Shown here in pieces: positions 32,753-47,922 of a stretch of 64,000 nucleotides of DNA. The stretch's first letter is position 1. Each line of letters starts with the position of its first letter. Source of the DNA: Dimorphilus gyrociliatus (Eukaryota > Animalia > Annelida); the NCBI GenBank assembly GCA_904063045.1, contig CAJFCJ010000007.1, forward strand, positions 244,819 through 308,818. The letters run 5' to 3'. The notes below the pieces were generated by a model. The model made no database searches and was not told where the DNA came from. It saw nothing but the letters and a program-made list of their open reading frames with translations. The position numbers and the translations under genes were made by a program.

Positions 32753-35700
32753 TCAATTCTTTTCTTCTCTTTCTCCTTCTTCTTCCTTTCGAAAATTACT
32801 TATATTCTCTTCTTCTAATGTCATATCAGTTTCGGTTATTGTTCCATCCTCTAAATTTATGTTGGATCTTAGTCGGCATTCTACTAATTGATCAGACGGA
32901 GTGAAATTTATTAGGTTTTCCGCTGATATTATTAATTCATCCTCTTTAATGGGAAGGGAATCGTCCGTTTCTGAATAAGGTGGGGGTTGTAAATCTTTAC
33001 CATCAAAACAAGGATTAATTTTCTCAATATCTGATCCTCCCGTTGCCCCTAGACCGCTTAGGACTGGTAATATGGAAGATCTTACACTACTAGTGCTTGT
33101 TGTTCTATTTCTCCGGCGCTTCTTCTTTGATCTATATAAAAACACCAGGACAATCACTACTAACATTATTATTACTAATCCGGCTATTATTAAGCCTATC
33201 AGGTAATTGGTCGCAAGTTTGTTATTTCCATTCGTAATCAAAGGTACTTGACTATTCGGCTCTACAGTAGGAGTTTCCTTCGTACTTCTATCCCCATCCG
33301 GTCTGCTTTCTGTTAGAAATTTTCATTATATATATATATATATATATACTTGTTTATTCTGAATTCTGTGAGTAACCTTTACAAGGTTACTTGACTGACC
33401 GTCACAAGTGTATCCGTCGCCATTAAGCGAGTAACCTTCAGGACATTCACACCTGTAGAAGCCCTCTAAGTTGATACAGTTTCCCTGACATACTTTGTCA
33501 CTTTGACATTCGTTATAATCGGTACAGTTAAACCCATCCTTGGCAATTACAAACCCAGAATTACAAGAGCAGCTATAAGATCCTTGTGTGTTAATGCATA
33601 ATTGTTGACATTTTTGATCTTCTAGTAAGCATTCATTGATATCTGAGAAGATATTTTTCATTCGCTTTCGTATAGCAAAGAGAATTTAAAAAGCTAAATA
33701 ACAAACCGATGCACATGTTATCGTCGTCCAAAATATAACCTTTAGGACAAACACAATACGAACTTGAACCATTTTTTCGGCATTCATATTGACAACCGCC
33801 ATTTCCAATTGAACAAGAATCAAAATCCAAGCAGTTCTGCCTGTTAGGAGCCAAACTATGGCCAAAATTACAAGTGCAATAATAACTTCCATCTATATTA
33901 ATACAGTTTTGCTCGCATCCTCCATTGTTCTTGGAACATTCATCATAATCTAATTAATGTATTGTTAATAATAAATAAGAAACAGACAATACACAATAAC
34001 AATGCCTACCTCGACATTCACTATCATATTTCTCATAACCTTGCCAGCAATCACATAAATAGGAACCTATTTAAAACGTCTATGAGTATTGTACTTATCT
34101 TAATGGATAGCTAACCTTGGGAGTTAAAACAGATGTGATCACACCCTCCATTGGAAATTCTGCATTCGTCTATATCAATGCAAGACCTTTCATCCGATGC
34201 AAGCCTTTAAACGTACGAAAAATAGAAGAATTATTAATGCAAACGTATTCATAAATAAGAACTCACTCAAATCCTTTTGAGCAGTCACAAGAATAACCAC
34301 CAGCATAGTTTGTGCAATTATTTTGACAACCACTAATACCTTTTGAGCATTCATCTATATCCAAGCAAATATCTCCATTCGTCTCAAAGCCGGTTGTGCA
34401 TGAACAAAAATAAGAACCCTGGGAATTATGGCAGAATCCATTACTACAACTTGCAGTTGTACGGCATTCATCAATATCTTTTATTTCAAATAAATTGACA
34501 TAAGACAAAAGTATAATACTTTTAATAAACTATTATTTTTCACCTTCGCAAGTCGAATTATCAACTGAAAGCTTGTATCCAGTATGACAAGAGCATTCGT
34601 AATCTCCATCAGTATTTGTACATATATGTTGACAAACGTTACTTGAACATTCATCAATATCTAAACAAGATTTACCATTATCGGCCAATTTATAACCATG
34701 CTTACAGTAGCACGTATGATGACCCTCCGTGTTATGACAATAATGCTGACATCCAGCTTTAAAGTCATCGCCACATTCGTCTAGATCTGTTTGGAGTATA
34801 TAATAATAAAAAATAAGAAAGAAAATACGAGATGCTACTCAGTCATTTATTTCTTTTACCTCTGCAAGTTTTCCCATCCAGTACATAACCCTTCCGGCAA
34901 CTGCAAAAGAAACTCCCAACTGTATTGTTACAAATTTGTGAACATCTTCCATTTGATACAGTACATTCATTAAAATCGACGCATTCGCTTGTATTCTGTG
35001 TTGTTTTTTTAAAAAAAGTCATCATAACTATTATATTCCCTTTTAGGTATAATTAATTAAAAACGCACTGTAATGCTTTCAACAAAGCCAGTTTTACAAG
35101 CACAATTGTATCCGCCGATAGAATTTAAACATAATTGTTGACAATTATGTTTATTAGTTTCGCATTCATTTTCATCTGTGTAAAGTCAATATATCAGGTA
35201 TAGTTAAATTAACATACAGGAAATTATAATTGATAAAAGTAAGATAATACCAGAACAACTCTTTCCATCTCTATTTAATAGGAAACCTTTCTTACAGGAA
35301 CAGAAATAGGAGCCAACAGTATTATGACAATTATGAGAGCATCTTCCCCTCAGACTCTTTTCGCATTCATTAATATCTATTTAAAGAGGATATACATAAC
35401 AAAAACATATGAGAAACTATACGAGATTCTTAAATAAAATAAGTTTTTACCGATACAGTCGTGATTATTTCTCAACTCATAACCAACTTTACAAGAGCAT
35501 ACATAACTTCCTAGAATGTTAATGCAGTAATGTTGGCATATAGATTTATTTGCACATTCATTATTATCAATGCACGTCCTATTATCTTTAGCTACTACAT
35601 AACCAGATTGGCATTCACATTTGAAAGATCCTAACATGGTGTAAAAAGTCATTTAGATCATTTTGGATAGTATTTTTTATTATCAAGAAATATACCTTTC

Positions 35701-38700
35701 GTATTTATGCACTTATGGTCACATCCCCCATTTCTCAAGGAGCACTCGTTTTTGTCTGTAATAAAAGACAGGAAAATGAAAGGTACAATACAATCTTTGT
35801 GACGTAGTTTGTTTACCGTGACATGTTCTACCATCAGGTCCTAGTTCATAACCTGGATAGCATGTGCATCTATATGAACCATATCGATTGTGGCAGTATT
35901 GTTGGCAGTTTCCATTTGACACGGCACATTCGTCAATATCTATGGTGTTGAAAAGTTTCATTTAAACAGATTATATTCAATTGAGCTTTGATTGAAACCT
36001 GAACAGAAATTTCCATTAGCACCCAGTGTAAAGCCCTGGGGACAGAGGCATTGAAATGATCCAAATGTATTCTTGCAAATGTGTTCACAACCCCCATTAC
36101 CAATTAGGCATTCATTTTCGTCTATATAATTTATTAATTAATTATTTTTGTTGCAGTAGGATGACTAAATATTACAAACCAAAACAATGCTGTCTGTCAC
36201 TACCGAGAAAAAATCCCTTGGCGCATTCGCATTTAAATGATCCTGCAAAATGATCATTATAAAATCAATTTTAACGCAATATAAATGCTTTATTAACCTT
36301 TGGAATTGATGCAAAAATGAGAGCATCCACCCTTATTTACACTACATTCATCCTTATCTAATGAACATAAAAGAAAATTAATGATTTATAAAACAATGTT
36401 TCCAATCTGGTTAATTAAGTGAAAAACCTTCGCAAGTTTTCTTATCCTTTCCAAGTATAAAACCAGATCTACAAGAGCAAGAATAACCAGATTCCTCATT
36501 AATACAAATTTGAGAACAATTGTTACGTCTCTCGCACTCATTAATATCTTCAAAGGTAGTAAAAACAAACGAAAAAATATGTATTTTTCCTCTTTATATG
36601 TTTAACAATAATGCAAGTATTTACCATGACACGTTTTTAAATCCGATACGGATAATTCGTACCCGTAATTACAAGAGCACCGAAAAGACCCTTAAGAATG
36701 AATAATTATCATTTAAGTGACTGATTAATTACGTTTAATAGATACCTGGAGTGTTATTACATATATGAGCACATCCTCCATTAGATGTTTCGCATTCGTT
36801 AATATCTATTTAAAAAAGTTTATATTTTCACACGGATAACAGCTGGATAAAGTAGTAAATCATCTACCTTTGCAGCTGACTTTATCCTCGGCTAAAGTCC
36901 ATCCAATGCGACAAAAACACTCCCTTTCCCCTATTCCTGAATTTTTACATAAATGCTCACAGCCACCATTATTGTCTCCACACTCGTTTTTATCTACGAA
37001 AATAAGAAACTTTATTAAAATGAATAAAAGATAACAGATTTTTTAATAACCATAACAAGATTTTCCATCTCTGTCCAGATTATAACCCGACCGACATTGA
37101 CATTGGTAGCTTCCAATAGAATTTTCGCATTGATGCTGACAGCCATGAGTACCTTCTTTACATTCATCAATATCTTAGGAAATAGATTATAGTATTATTT
37201 TTGAATGGATTTAAACCATATTCCTTTGTACCTATGCAAGTATTGCCATCGAACGATAATTTGAAACCCATTTTACATCGACATAAGTAGGAACCATAAC
37301 TGTTTACGCATTCATTGGGACAACGGTTTAATGTGGAATTTAGGCATTCGTCAATGTCTTAAATATTTAATAAATACAAATTTGAATTATTTAAATAAAT
37401 AGTTTTAATAATAACTATTACCATTACAAGTTTTACCATCCGACATTAAAGTGAAACCATCACTACACGTACATTGGAATGAACCAATAGTATTTCTACA
37501 ATACCCCTTACAGCCTCTGCCGCTTGTCTCTAGACACTCGTTTATGTCTATTTGCGTAGTACATTAGGGATATGTTAGAAATGTTTATTTATTGCTGTTT
37601 TCTTACCTATACACGATTTATCGTCATTGCCTAATCGAAATCCATTTCTACATTGGCATATATAGCTACCAAGAGAATTTCTGCAAGTATGTTTACAACC
37701 GCCGTTAGCCAGTAAACACTCGTCGATATCTTCAAGGGAAAAAAGTCAAGAATAAAAAATAGAAAATATAAACGATATTAGCGGAAATCTTCCTAAGGGG
37801 GTAATTGTTTTTTCTTATAAGAAACAATAAGCAAGTCATTTGTGATGTTATTTTTTTATGAATGAAGAAACTCTTAAAATGGTATTAAAAATAAATACCC
37901 GTGCAATTAGGTGAGTTTTCTAATTGTTCGAAACCTTGTTTACAGCGGCATTTATACGAACCATACGTGTTAATGCAACTGTGGTGACAAAGTGATTTTT
38001 TCGTAGTGCATTCATTAATGTCTATAAAAAAAGGATGTTTATTTTTATTAATAAGTCTAATAGAGAATAGAAATTGTATCTACCTATACACGAAAAGGCA
38101 TTAGATGCAATAGTAAAACCCTCGGAACATTTACACTCGTAAGAGCCTGCAGTATTTATGCAGGATTGTTCGCATCCTCCATTTCCAGTTGCGCACTCGT
38201 CCTTATCTATTTTTAAAGTAGACTTATAAATCAATTTCCACATAGAATAAAATAAATTTGTTAATATTTAATTACCAATGCATTTATTGTTAGTTAATTT
38301 ATAACCCAAATAACATTGACATCTGAATAAAGAAATAGAAGAATAAATAACTCAATTGTTCATTTATTATTAAAATAATGTTTACCTGTAAGATCCTTCC
38401 GTGTTAACACACAATTGATCGCAATTATTCGCCTTTTCCTGGCATTCATCAACGTCTATTCGTTTTAAAAGTATGCTTTAATAGATATTAATTTCTTTTT
38501 AATTAAATTACACCACTAACCGATGCATAAATTATTATCATCGCTTAGTTTATATCCGTCCTCGCAAAAGCAACGATAGGAGCCGTGATTATTTATGCAG
38601 CCCATTAGCGGATGAGAACAAATGTTCGAGGAGCATTCATCGATATCTATTACGAATAAAATGGGGAATGAGAAAATCTCTTATTAGATCTCTATCTATC

Positions 38701-41700
38701 CCTTTCTTCATTTCTTTTCAATGGGAAAGTTTATTATAAACATGTGTCTACCTAAGCAGGATTTGCCATTGAGACTAAGCTTAAAACCAACATTACAGGA
38801 ACATTCGTAAGAACCATAACTGTTATTGCAATTTTGATGACAATCACCATTATTTAACTTACATTCATCCAAATCTGCATAATAGGTATTAGTCAATACA
38901 TCATATCTATGTAGCAACTCATCCTCTTGTTTACTTACCAATGCACGTTTTATTATCTTTATCTAGTTGAAAATTTGCTTGACAATTACACCTATAACCA
39001 CCGTATTCATTCACGCATATCTGCTCACAGCCTCCTTTATTATCACTACATTCATTTTCATCTAAGTGGAAAAAGCGAATAAGTCAAATGCGAGCTTAAA
39101 AATACTTTTCGAAGGAAGAAACCTTGACACGATAAATCATCTGCGGAAAGAATAAATCCCGGTTTGCATGAGCAATTATATCCACCTTCCGTATTGTGAC
39201 AAAAATGATCACATTTTGATGTCTGCTCTTTGCACTCGTCAAAATCTATGTATATGAAAGTGAGTATTATTCAATTGTTATATGAATGATTGTATTTTCT
39301 TATACCTTCACAAGACTTCTCATCTTCCTTTAACTTATAGCCTCTATAGCATGTACAGCTATGCTTTCCATTTTTATTATTACAAATATGCTCACATCCA
39401 CCGTTTGCAGTACCACATTCATCTCTATCTTTACAAGACTTACGATCTGCTTCAAGCTCGTATCCAAATTCGCAAGAACAATAAAAGGATCCATCAGTGT
39501 TTGCGCATGTATGTTGGCATCCTCCATTAGATATAGAACATTCGTCGATATCTAGATTTATTAAATAATATATGGAAAATGTATAGATAAAAAGACTTTA
39601 TAAAATATGTAAGAGATGAGAGTAAACACCTTCGCAATCGTGTTTATTAGCACTTAATCTATAGCCTTTCTTACAATTACACTTATAAGATGCTTCTGTA
39701 TTAAAGCATAATTGTTTGCAGCCGGAACTCCCTTCAAAGCATTCATCGAAATCTGTCAAGGAGGATATTATACATCGGAAAATGAAAGCTACCTATTGGT
39801 AAATAGGTAAATATAAACCTGTACAAGTTTTCTTGTCATCTAATAGACGAAGACCGCTTGGACAAGAGCAATAGTAACTACCTATTGTGCATTATGAAGT
39901 TATTAATTAAAAAGAACTCTTTTTTAGAAGAGTTTTTAAGTTCTTTATTACCGGCTGAATTATGGCATTTATGGGAACAACGTCCATTAGACTTTTTGCA
40001 TTCATCTATGTCCATACACTCTGTTCCATTTACAGAAAGAAAGCCTTGATTGCAACCGCAAGAATAACTTCCTGGCGTATTGACACAATAGCCTTTACAT
40101 TCCGTGCCCTTTGTTAGGCACTCATTTTCATCTAAGTAAAAATATGCAAATATACTATTCGCATCATATACGTTCCAAGTTAACATACCTTTGCAATTTC
40201 TCCCATCAATATCTAATTTATATCCATTTTCACAGAGACATTCAAAGGACCCAGGAGAATTTTTACATGTATGAGAACAGGGGTTTGTCAAACATTCATC
40301 AATGTCCGTGCAAGTTTTTGAATCTTTACTCAATATATATCCCGCTTTACATACGCAGGCGAATGAACCAGGTAGATTTACACATTTATAAGAGCAAGGA
40401 TTGGACACACACTCATCAATATCTATGTTTGAATGCGAAATTAAGTCAATTCAAGTTAGTTAAATAAAAAATTAAAATTAACCTTGACAAGTGAAACCAT
40501 TGGAAGAAAGAACATAGCCTGAACGACATAAACATCTATAACTACCTTCAGTATTTTCGCAATCTTGTTCACATGGAAAATGAGTTGCAACACACTCGTT
40601 TACATCAGAACAGGTTCTTGCGTCCCTATTCAGTTTGAAACCTTGCCTACAATCGCATCTAATATTTTCAAAAGATAAAATATATCAAAGAGAAACAATA
40701 AATTAAAGCATATTTGACATATACGAAACCTGTAGCGCCCCTTTTCATTAGAACAAAGCTGTTGACATCCATGTGAAGAACCACATTCGTCTATATCTAT
40801 AAACGATCAGATTCATTAATACGTTATTATTAATTGCAATTCATATAAAACTTACCTTTACAAGACCTTTGGTCAGAATCAAGAACATATCCGGCTATTG
40901 AAATTTTTGAAAGAGAATCAAATAGAAATAAAATTGAATGCAGTAGATTTTCCTTACCATTACAACTGCATTTGTGCCCTGGTTCCAAGTTTATACATAT
41001 CTGTCCGCATCCTCCATTCGAATACTCACATTCATTTAGATCTTTATCAATATAGATATAAGTACCTTATATATGTACTGAATTCTAATTGCGAATAGCT
41101 ACCTATACAAGTTTTATCATTTGAAGATAATACATATCCAGCTCGGCATTCGCACGAATAGCGTCCTATTTTTTAAATAAATATTGGACAGATAAGAAAT
41201 TTTCTTTTTTAAACTACCTTTCTCGTTCAAGCAGCTATGTTCACAGTTTCCGTTATTTACGTCACATTCGTTTATATCTAGAATTAGTAATAATTTGATT
41301 GATTAAAAAAAGAGCTTATCAAATAAAAGCACATGATATGTTGGTTGAATTAATAAATTTTTGATATAGTATATTGTTTGTCATAACCCTAACCTGAACT
41401 TTGACAATTGTTACATTTATAAACCGAGATAATGTTCTCCAAGACAAGTAAAGACGGAAATGTATTTTATTTAAAGTTATCATTTCACTTTTTTACCTTC
41501 ATTTGAATTTCTTTTTAGAAACAGCCTAATACAAAGCGACTATCGTCTTCATCACAGAGATACTTTGACTCAAATCTCATCCACAGATTAATCAGTAACG
41601 GTAAAGTAATACAATTCTTGTGATCATAAAAATGACAAACCTATTTTAATACAGAAAGCCAAATTTCTTTTCTAGGAATATATTAATTTAATTTTTATTA

Positions 41701-44700
41701 TATTAATTTAAAAGACTTCGTAACCCTTTTGAAGTTAAGTCCAAATTCTAATCAATTATTTGAAAGTCGAATGACTACGACAACAAAATATACATAAAAT
41801 TTTTCTCTTTCCTGTTGTTTCTTAGTTAGCTGCTGCTATTTCTTTTTTGTATATAGAAAGCTCTCCAATATGAACTCAACCAATTTCTCTCTATTATCAA
41901 AGGAGAAAGAGCAGCTTCATTCTTGAGAGAAACTTTCTTGATCTTATTTTTTTTATATTTACGAAAGAGTCAAATAAAACTTATATGTGTAACGTAAATC
42001 TTATAAAAGATAGCAATAAAAAATTATTTTTCACCTTATGATTAGATTTTTTATTTTGTGAAGAAAGAAAACTAATTTGTGAATCTAATTAAGTATTTTT
42101 TCTTATAATCTAAAATTTCGGTATATATTTACTCTTTTCAATTAAATTAGTAAAATATTAAATTTCTAACCGAATTTTATACTTAGAAAAGCTTGATTTA
42201 CGTTTTAAAGTGTTGTAGAATTTCTCTTATCGTTGAAAATTGTAAATAGTAAATTATAAGAGATTCTTATTCTAAAATAAATTTTCTATACGATTAGAAG
42301 CTATAGAAAGGACAATGGAAAAGACAAATTTTTCCTATTTCAACTGCTTCTAATGCACAATAAACTATTTGAGTAAGAATCTCAATCCAATTAATTAGAG
42401 TATAAAAAGAAAAGATGAAGAGGATAAAAACACCTACCTGAGCAACTTCTACCGTCTGTATCTAGTTCAAAGCCTTTAGGGCAGGAGCAGGAAAAAGAAC
42501 CTAGTTTTAAGAAACGAGGTTATAGTTGAGTATTTTCCTCTACTATGCACGCTTCAGTTAATTATATAAGGTCTAAAAAAAGCAAAGTAGTTATTAAGAA
42601 ACAAACCATATGAATTGATGCAATTATCTTTACATCCTCCATTATTGTTTTGACATTCGTCAAAATCTAACAAAACAGTTTAATTTCTTAATTAATCAAT
42701 GGGAATGTAAAATACATTTACTAGTTTACCAATGCAAGAATCGTCAATCGTATTTCTTATTAGACCTTTTGGGCATATACATGAGAAAGATCCAATAGTA
42801 TTTATGCATTGGTTATTATGACCGCATTTATGGCCAAGTTCACATTCATTCACGTCTAGGAAAAATCAAAAATTCTGTTTTAGTAAAATAAGTATTTATT
42901 TTATTCTTAATTAGTTAACCTTTACAAGTTTTCCCATCCATATTAAGTTGGAAACCTTTACCACAAGAGCAAATAAAACTTCCAGGTGTATTTGTACAAG
43001 TCTTTTGACAATTACCGTTATCAACCCTACATTCGTCAATGTCACCACATGTTTTCCCATCGATTTTTAAAGAATATCCTTTAATAATTAATAAACGAAA
43101 AGCTACAGATTATACATATTACTTTTAAATCACTAATGTTAATTACCATCTGGGCATTTACATCTAAAATCTCCAATTTGATTTTCGCACATATGCTCAC
43201 ATTGGCCATTATTATTTATACATTCGTTAATATCTTATTATTTAATGGACAAATATAAATATATTATTAATACTGTGTATATACTATATATAATATATTA
43301 ATAATTTTTTTCTAATCTACCTGAACATGTTTTACCATCCTGTTTTAATCTGAAACCGGATGGACAAACACATCTAAAAGTTCCTATGGTATTTTCACAA
43401 CTGTGTTTGCATCCATGATCAGATAAACATTCGTCTATATCTTTAAAAAATAAGATAATTGCAGAATTAATAAACATGAATTGAGGAAAAGTAAATAAGC
43501 AAAAAAGATAAACCTTGACATGTTCTACCATCATCTAATAGTTTAAAGCCAACTTTACACGAACACGAGAATTTAGAATCTTCATTATGGCAAAAATGAT
43601 CACAATTGTGTGAATGACATTCGTTGATATCTTAAATTAGAGAAATAATCTTACTTAGATATAACTAAAGATTAGTATGTATTTATATATACCAGAACAG
43701 CTTCGACCGTCAGCATCCAATTTATAGCCAGCTTTACATGAACACATAAATGACCCGTAAGTATTTTTACAAGAATGCATACAACCACCATTTCTAACTA
43801 GACATTCATTTCGATCTGAAGGATAGATTCTTCAATTAATTGAATTTAGCCTTTGGAAAGAAAGCTATAATCTAATAGAACCTATACAAGTCTTTTCATC
43901 AACTTGTAAAACAAATCCTTCTTTAAAACATGCACAAGTGAATCCTGGAGATCTATTAATGCATTGTTGATTACATCCAGATTGACCATTTGAACATTCA
44001 TCAATATCTTGAAAGGAAATTTAATTAAGGAAGTCTAGCTGATTTATTATTGATTGGCCTATGAGATTTAATATTTCAAACTACCTATACAACTTTTCTC
44101 ATCCTGGGCTAGTTGATAGCCTTTTTCGCATGAACATTTATAACTCCCTTTTGAATTTGTACAAATTTGACTGCAACCTGATGCTCTTCTTGAACATTCG
44201 TCGATATCTATTAAAGAGTTTATTAATTATACAATATTAATATAATATATAATGTATATTTACCTAAGCATTTTAAGTTATTAAGAGGATCAGTTTCATA
44301 GCCGTCTGGACAAAGGCATGAATAACTCCCTAATTAAAAATGTATAAAAGACTATATGGATAGTTAATATGCAAAAAATACGAAACCTTTATTATTGATA
44401 CAAGTTCCTTCACATCCACCATTATTTTTGAGACATTCGTTCCTATCTATTCATTTATTCAAGAAAAATATCGATATTCTTAGATATTGCGCAATAATAC
44501 AATAAGAATATTAAATATCAAACCGTGGCATTGCTTATGGTCTAGAAGAAAATATCCAGAGTTGCACAAGCAATTGTATGAGCCTATAATGTAGAATATA
44601 ATATATTAGTTATAACAATATAATAATTAATTAGTTAATAATAGGATAGACCTGGGTTATTTTCGCAAGTATGGCCACAGCCGCCATTATTCGTTTGACA

Positions 44701-45912
44701 CTCGTTAATATCTATTTAGAATAAGTTTTTTAAATTTATAGAAATTAATCTAATTAAAAAAAAAGTATTATTTTCATCTACCAGAGCAATTTTTACGGCT
44801 TATTAATTTAAAACCATCGTTGCAGGTACAATAGGATCGTTCTGGTCCTTTCTCGCAGCTATGTTGACACCCTCCATTGTTTATATCGCAATTAATTTTA
44901 GCTGTATGAAAGGAGAAATGATTGATTTCATAATAAATAAACTGCTGTTTTATTATTCTTAATATAACGTATAAGTATTCGTTATATAAATATATATTGT
45001 GTACATACTGCACAATATTCTAGGTAGTAATGAATATTGATGAGATTGATGTCAACTTTGAATGATAAAAATTCCTTTTAAAAATATTTAAATAAGCTAA
45101 GGCTTATGTTTATTTATATAATATTAAACGTATTTCACTAATACTCCTATAAACACTATAGAAAATATTGAACTATTACATAATACGTTTCTCCTTAAAT
45201 AAATTATAAAACGCCTTTCTAAATTAATTATGATAATTTGATATTTGAGTAGGAAAGAAGGAGGAAAAGAAAAAGAAAAAACACTTACGAAAACATTCCC
45301 CATCATCATTTTCGTGATTTTCACAACAAGATTTAACAAAAGTACGCATTCTAGTATGATGAACTAGGCACGTGATCTTATTGCCAATCCTAATTTTAGA
45401 AGTGCACTTATATATATATATATTTATAAGTATTGTAAATATCTGTTTTCTATGTAATTATATAAATATTATTTTATTTTTATAGTAGGAAAAAGATTAA
45501 ATAACAAAAAAAAAAATGCTACCAAGAACCACTGCAAGGTTCTTTTTGGAGATCTGAAGAAGTACATGAGCACGTTTCAGGTGACGATGTACAGCACCAT
45601 CTGCTTTCATTTTGTGAAATAATTTCCTGAACGAAACCAGGCTTTGTTATGATACAACTGTAAACAAATAAAAAAACTTCATTTATTATCGTAAACCTTA
45701 GTTTTTTCTTTTTAACAAAAGAAAATAAAAATGGTATGAAAAAAAAGAAACTTTGATTCGTGACATTCTAACGGTATTGAATTGATCTTTCTTTTCTTTT
45801 TTTTCTATATATGCACATACCCTTTACTCGGTTCTGCGTCCGTGGCTGTCCATTGATATGCCGATAAAAGGCGTCCAGTTGAGATAAGTGCAATTAGGAA
45901 TAAAAAATTCAT
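32753..45912 (-). CDS. Giant type I membrane protein: signal peptide, Cys-rich EMI/FUN-like domain, about 54 tandem EGF (mostly Ca-binding) repeats, TM, cytoplasmic tail with NPCF and PPPY
   Basis: ATG at 45912 ([18 protein letters not shown]). Two Cys-rich exons end in KSCCENH...C. Dozens of mostly phase-1 exons follow, encoding D(I)(D/N)EC...C...C.N..GS(Y/F).C.C..G(Y/F).L...C. The last exon carries [34 protein letters not shown]. No TB/8-Cys domains seen, so this is not a true fibrillin. The repeat count is manual (plus or minus 2). Confidence 0.88.
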
Positions 45913-45961
45913 TTTCTCTGTTTATATCTTCTCTTATATATATCTCTCTTCTTTTTCACAA

Positions 45962-45965
45962 TATT

Positions 45966-45996
<31 letters not shown>

Positions 45997-46005
45997 GCAT
46001 ATGCA

Positions 46006-46039
<34 letters not shown>

Positions 46040-46091
46040 GATAAAGATAAAAACAAAATGTGGAGATTTCAATGCCAAAATCTAGTTTTAT

Positions 46092-46131
<40 letters not shown>

Positions 46132-46133
46132 TA
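45962..46133. repeat. Compound (AT)n microsatellites just upstream of the EGF-receptor ATG
   Basis: Two long interrupted AT runs (about 45965-46037 and 46095-46133). Confidence 0.85.
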
Positions 46134-47902
46134 TCAACCTTCGCGTTACTCTTTCAACAAAGACTGTTCCAGGTAGGTTCGATTCTTGTTTATACGCTTA
46201 GGCCTCGCTTGGTTGAGAAATGCGACCAAAACCACATTAATGTCATTCAAGTAATAATATATAGAATATTAATTTTTTTTATAAGTCTATTATATTAGTA
46301 CGATACAAGTTGTATTTTGTAGGACGTAGCACGATTTTGTATCGATAGAAGGAGAGAGAAAGAGGGTATGTGTATGTGTGTTTGATAAAAGATACAGTTT
46401 ATGAATTTAAGAGCAAAAAAAGAAAATAATTTGCATTTTCCCTTAAAACAAGACAATTTACAAAAATTGTTTAAATCGATAATATAAATTTAATTTTTTA
46501 AGTGACATTCCAATCTGTTTTGATTTTTTTTTCTTCAAAGTTGTTTACATTCCAGTTTCTCTTTCTTCTAAATACAACTCTTGGGTTTTTTCTTTCATTG
46601 TAAACAGGTACTATCGTATTTATTTGATGCGTAATTTAAAAAATGAAGAAAAAACTTGCCTAAAATTGCGCTCTTGTTACGCAATCATTTGAATTTGATC
46701 TACATATATTATAACATATCAATCAATATCATCTTTATAGTGCCTTAACAGCGTCTTTTTAGTCTATTGTTAAAAGAGACGTCTCATAGTGTGGATGAAT
46801 ATTACCAATCCTATTTTAGGAAATTTGAATATTTAGACGTGATTCGGTGACAAAGAAAATGTCTGACCTAACTTATCCAACTCACGAAACCGTTACAATA
46901 TATCTTGGAAACTTTAATAAAAAGAAAGAATGAAGCGAAAGAGACAGAGGCCTACATTTATTTCCTTTCTTTCATAGAACGTTTATTATAGACAAGAAAT
47001 GCCTCTGTAAAGGCGTCTTTTACAGAGTTCCTTATTTATTTCAAGAGGAATAAATCGTACAAGCAGAGTTTGTCTTCTCTCCCGAGAATTTCGTCATTCT
47101 AGAAGCTGAATCAGCAAAGGGTTGTACAGAAATAACCAGTTTAACTCTCTTTTTTGTCCTATAAAAGGTCAAGAACTCCCCATCTTCTTTTTCGCCATTC
47201 CTTTTTTATAGGAGTAAATTCTTTCCCTAACAGATTACATCGTAAATGATCAAATCTTTACTTTGTATTAATACTTTATGTATACATATACTTATAAATA
47301 TCAATGAAAATAGTATGTTTCTTTCAGCGTATTTATTTATACTATATACAGTACATAGTATGGATAATTTATATCATTTCTCAATACATTTACAAGCAAG
47401 ACTATTCAGATAAACGTATTTAACTTTTACATAATTCATAGATAAAATTATTAACAATTTGTTAAACTGTAAAGTTGATATAATAAAAATATTGTATGAC
47501 TCCATCTACCGGTAATATAAGAAAATAGTACTAGTTTTTTATGTCTAATTATAATACTTTAGGGATGTATACTATGTCCTAGTGGCATTTTTTTCTATTT
47601 TATCGAATGAAACGTTCCATCTTTTTTTTCTATTTCCTACCCTTTTTTCATTACGTCTAAATAGTTTAGTTTATTTAAAGAAACTGGTTGTTTAACTATT
47701 TCTTATATTAGGCTAGAGGGTTTGCTTGTTAAAGAAGAAATCATACTTGATATGTAACACAAGGATATCTAATACTAATTAAAAACACCTCAAAATCTTA
47801 CAACTACTAATTATATAGCTAAGATCAATTTATGGAAGCTTTTTTTTCCAGAATGGAAAACTCAACTTAATCCGTTTCTGTTTAAGCTTGGTTTCTTTTA
47901 TT

Positions 47903-47922
47903 TCTCTCTCTCTCTCTCTCTC
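47903..47922. repeat. (CT)n microsatellite
   Basis: Direct read; a similar (CT)n plus (CTA)n tract lies at about 51728-51773. Confidence 0.8.

Noticed and set aside
32753-45912. Fibrillin, Notch or LRP identity for the EGF gene
   Set aside because: No TB/8-Cys, LNR/ankyrin, YWTD or LDLa modules were found in any reconstructed exon.
46150-46190. GGTTCGATTC B-box-like motif suggesting a tRNA or SINE
   Set aside because: No A-box, no cloverleaf stems and no acceptor-stem pairing in the flanks.
46541-46560. TGGAATGTAAA on the - strand, matching the 5' 11 nt of miR-1
   Set aside because: The match breaks at position 12 and no precursor hairpin is evident. At most it is a seed-type target site.
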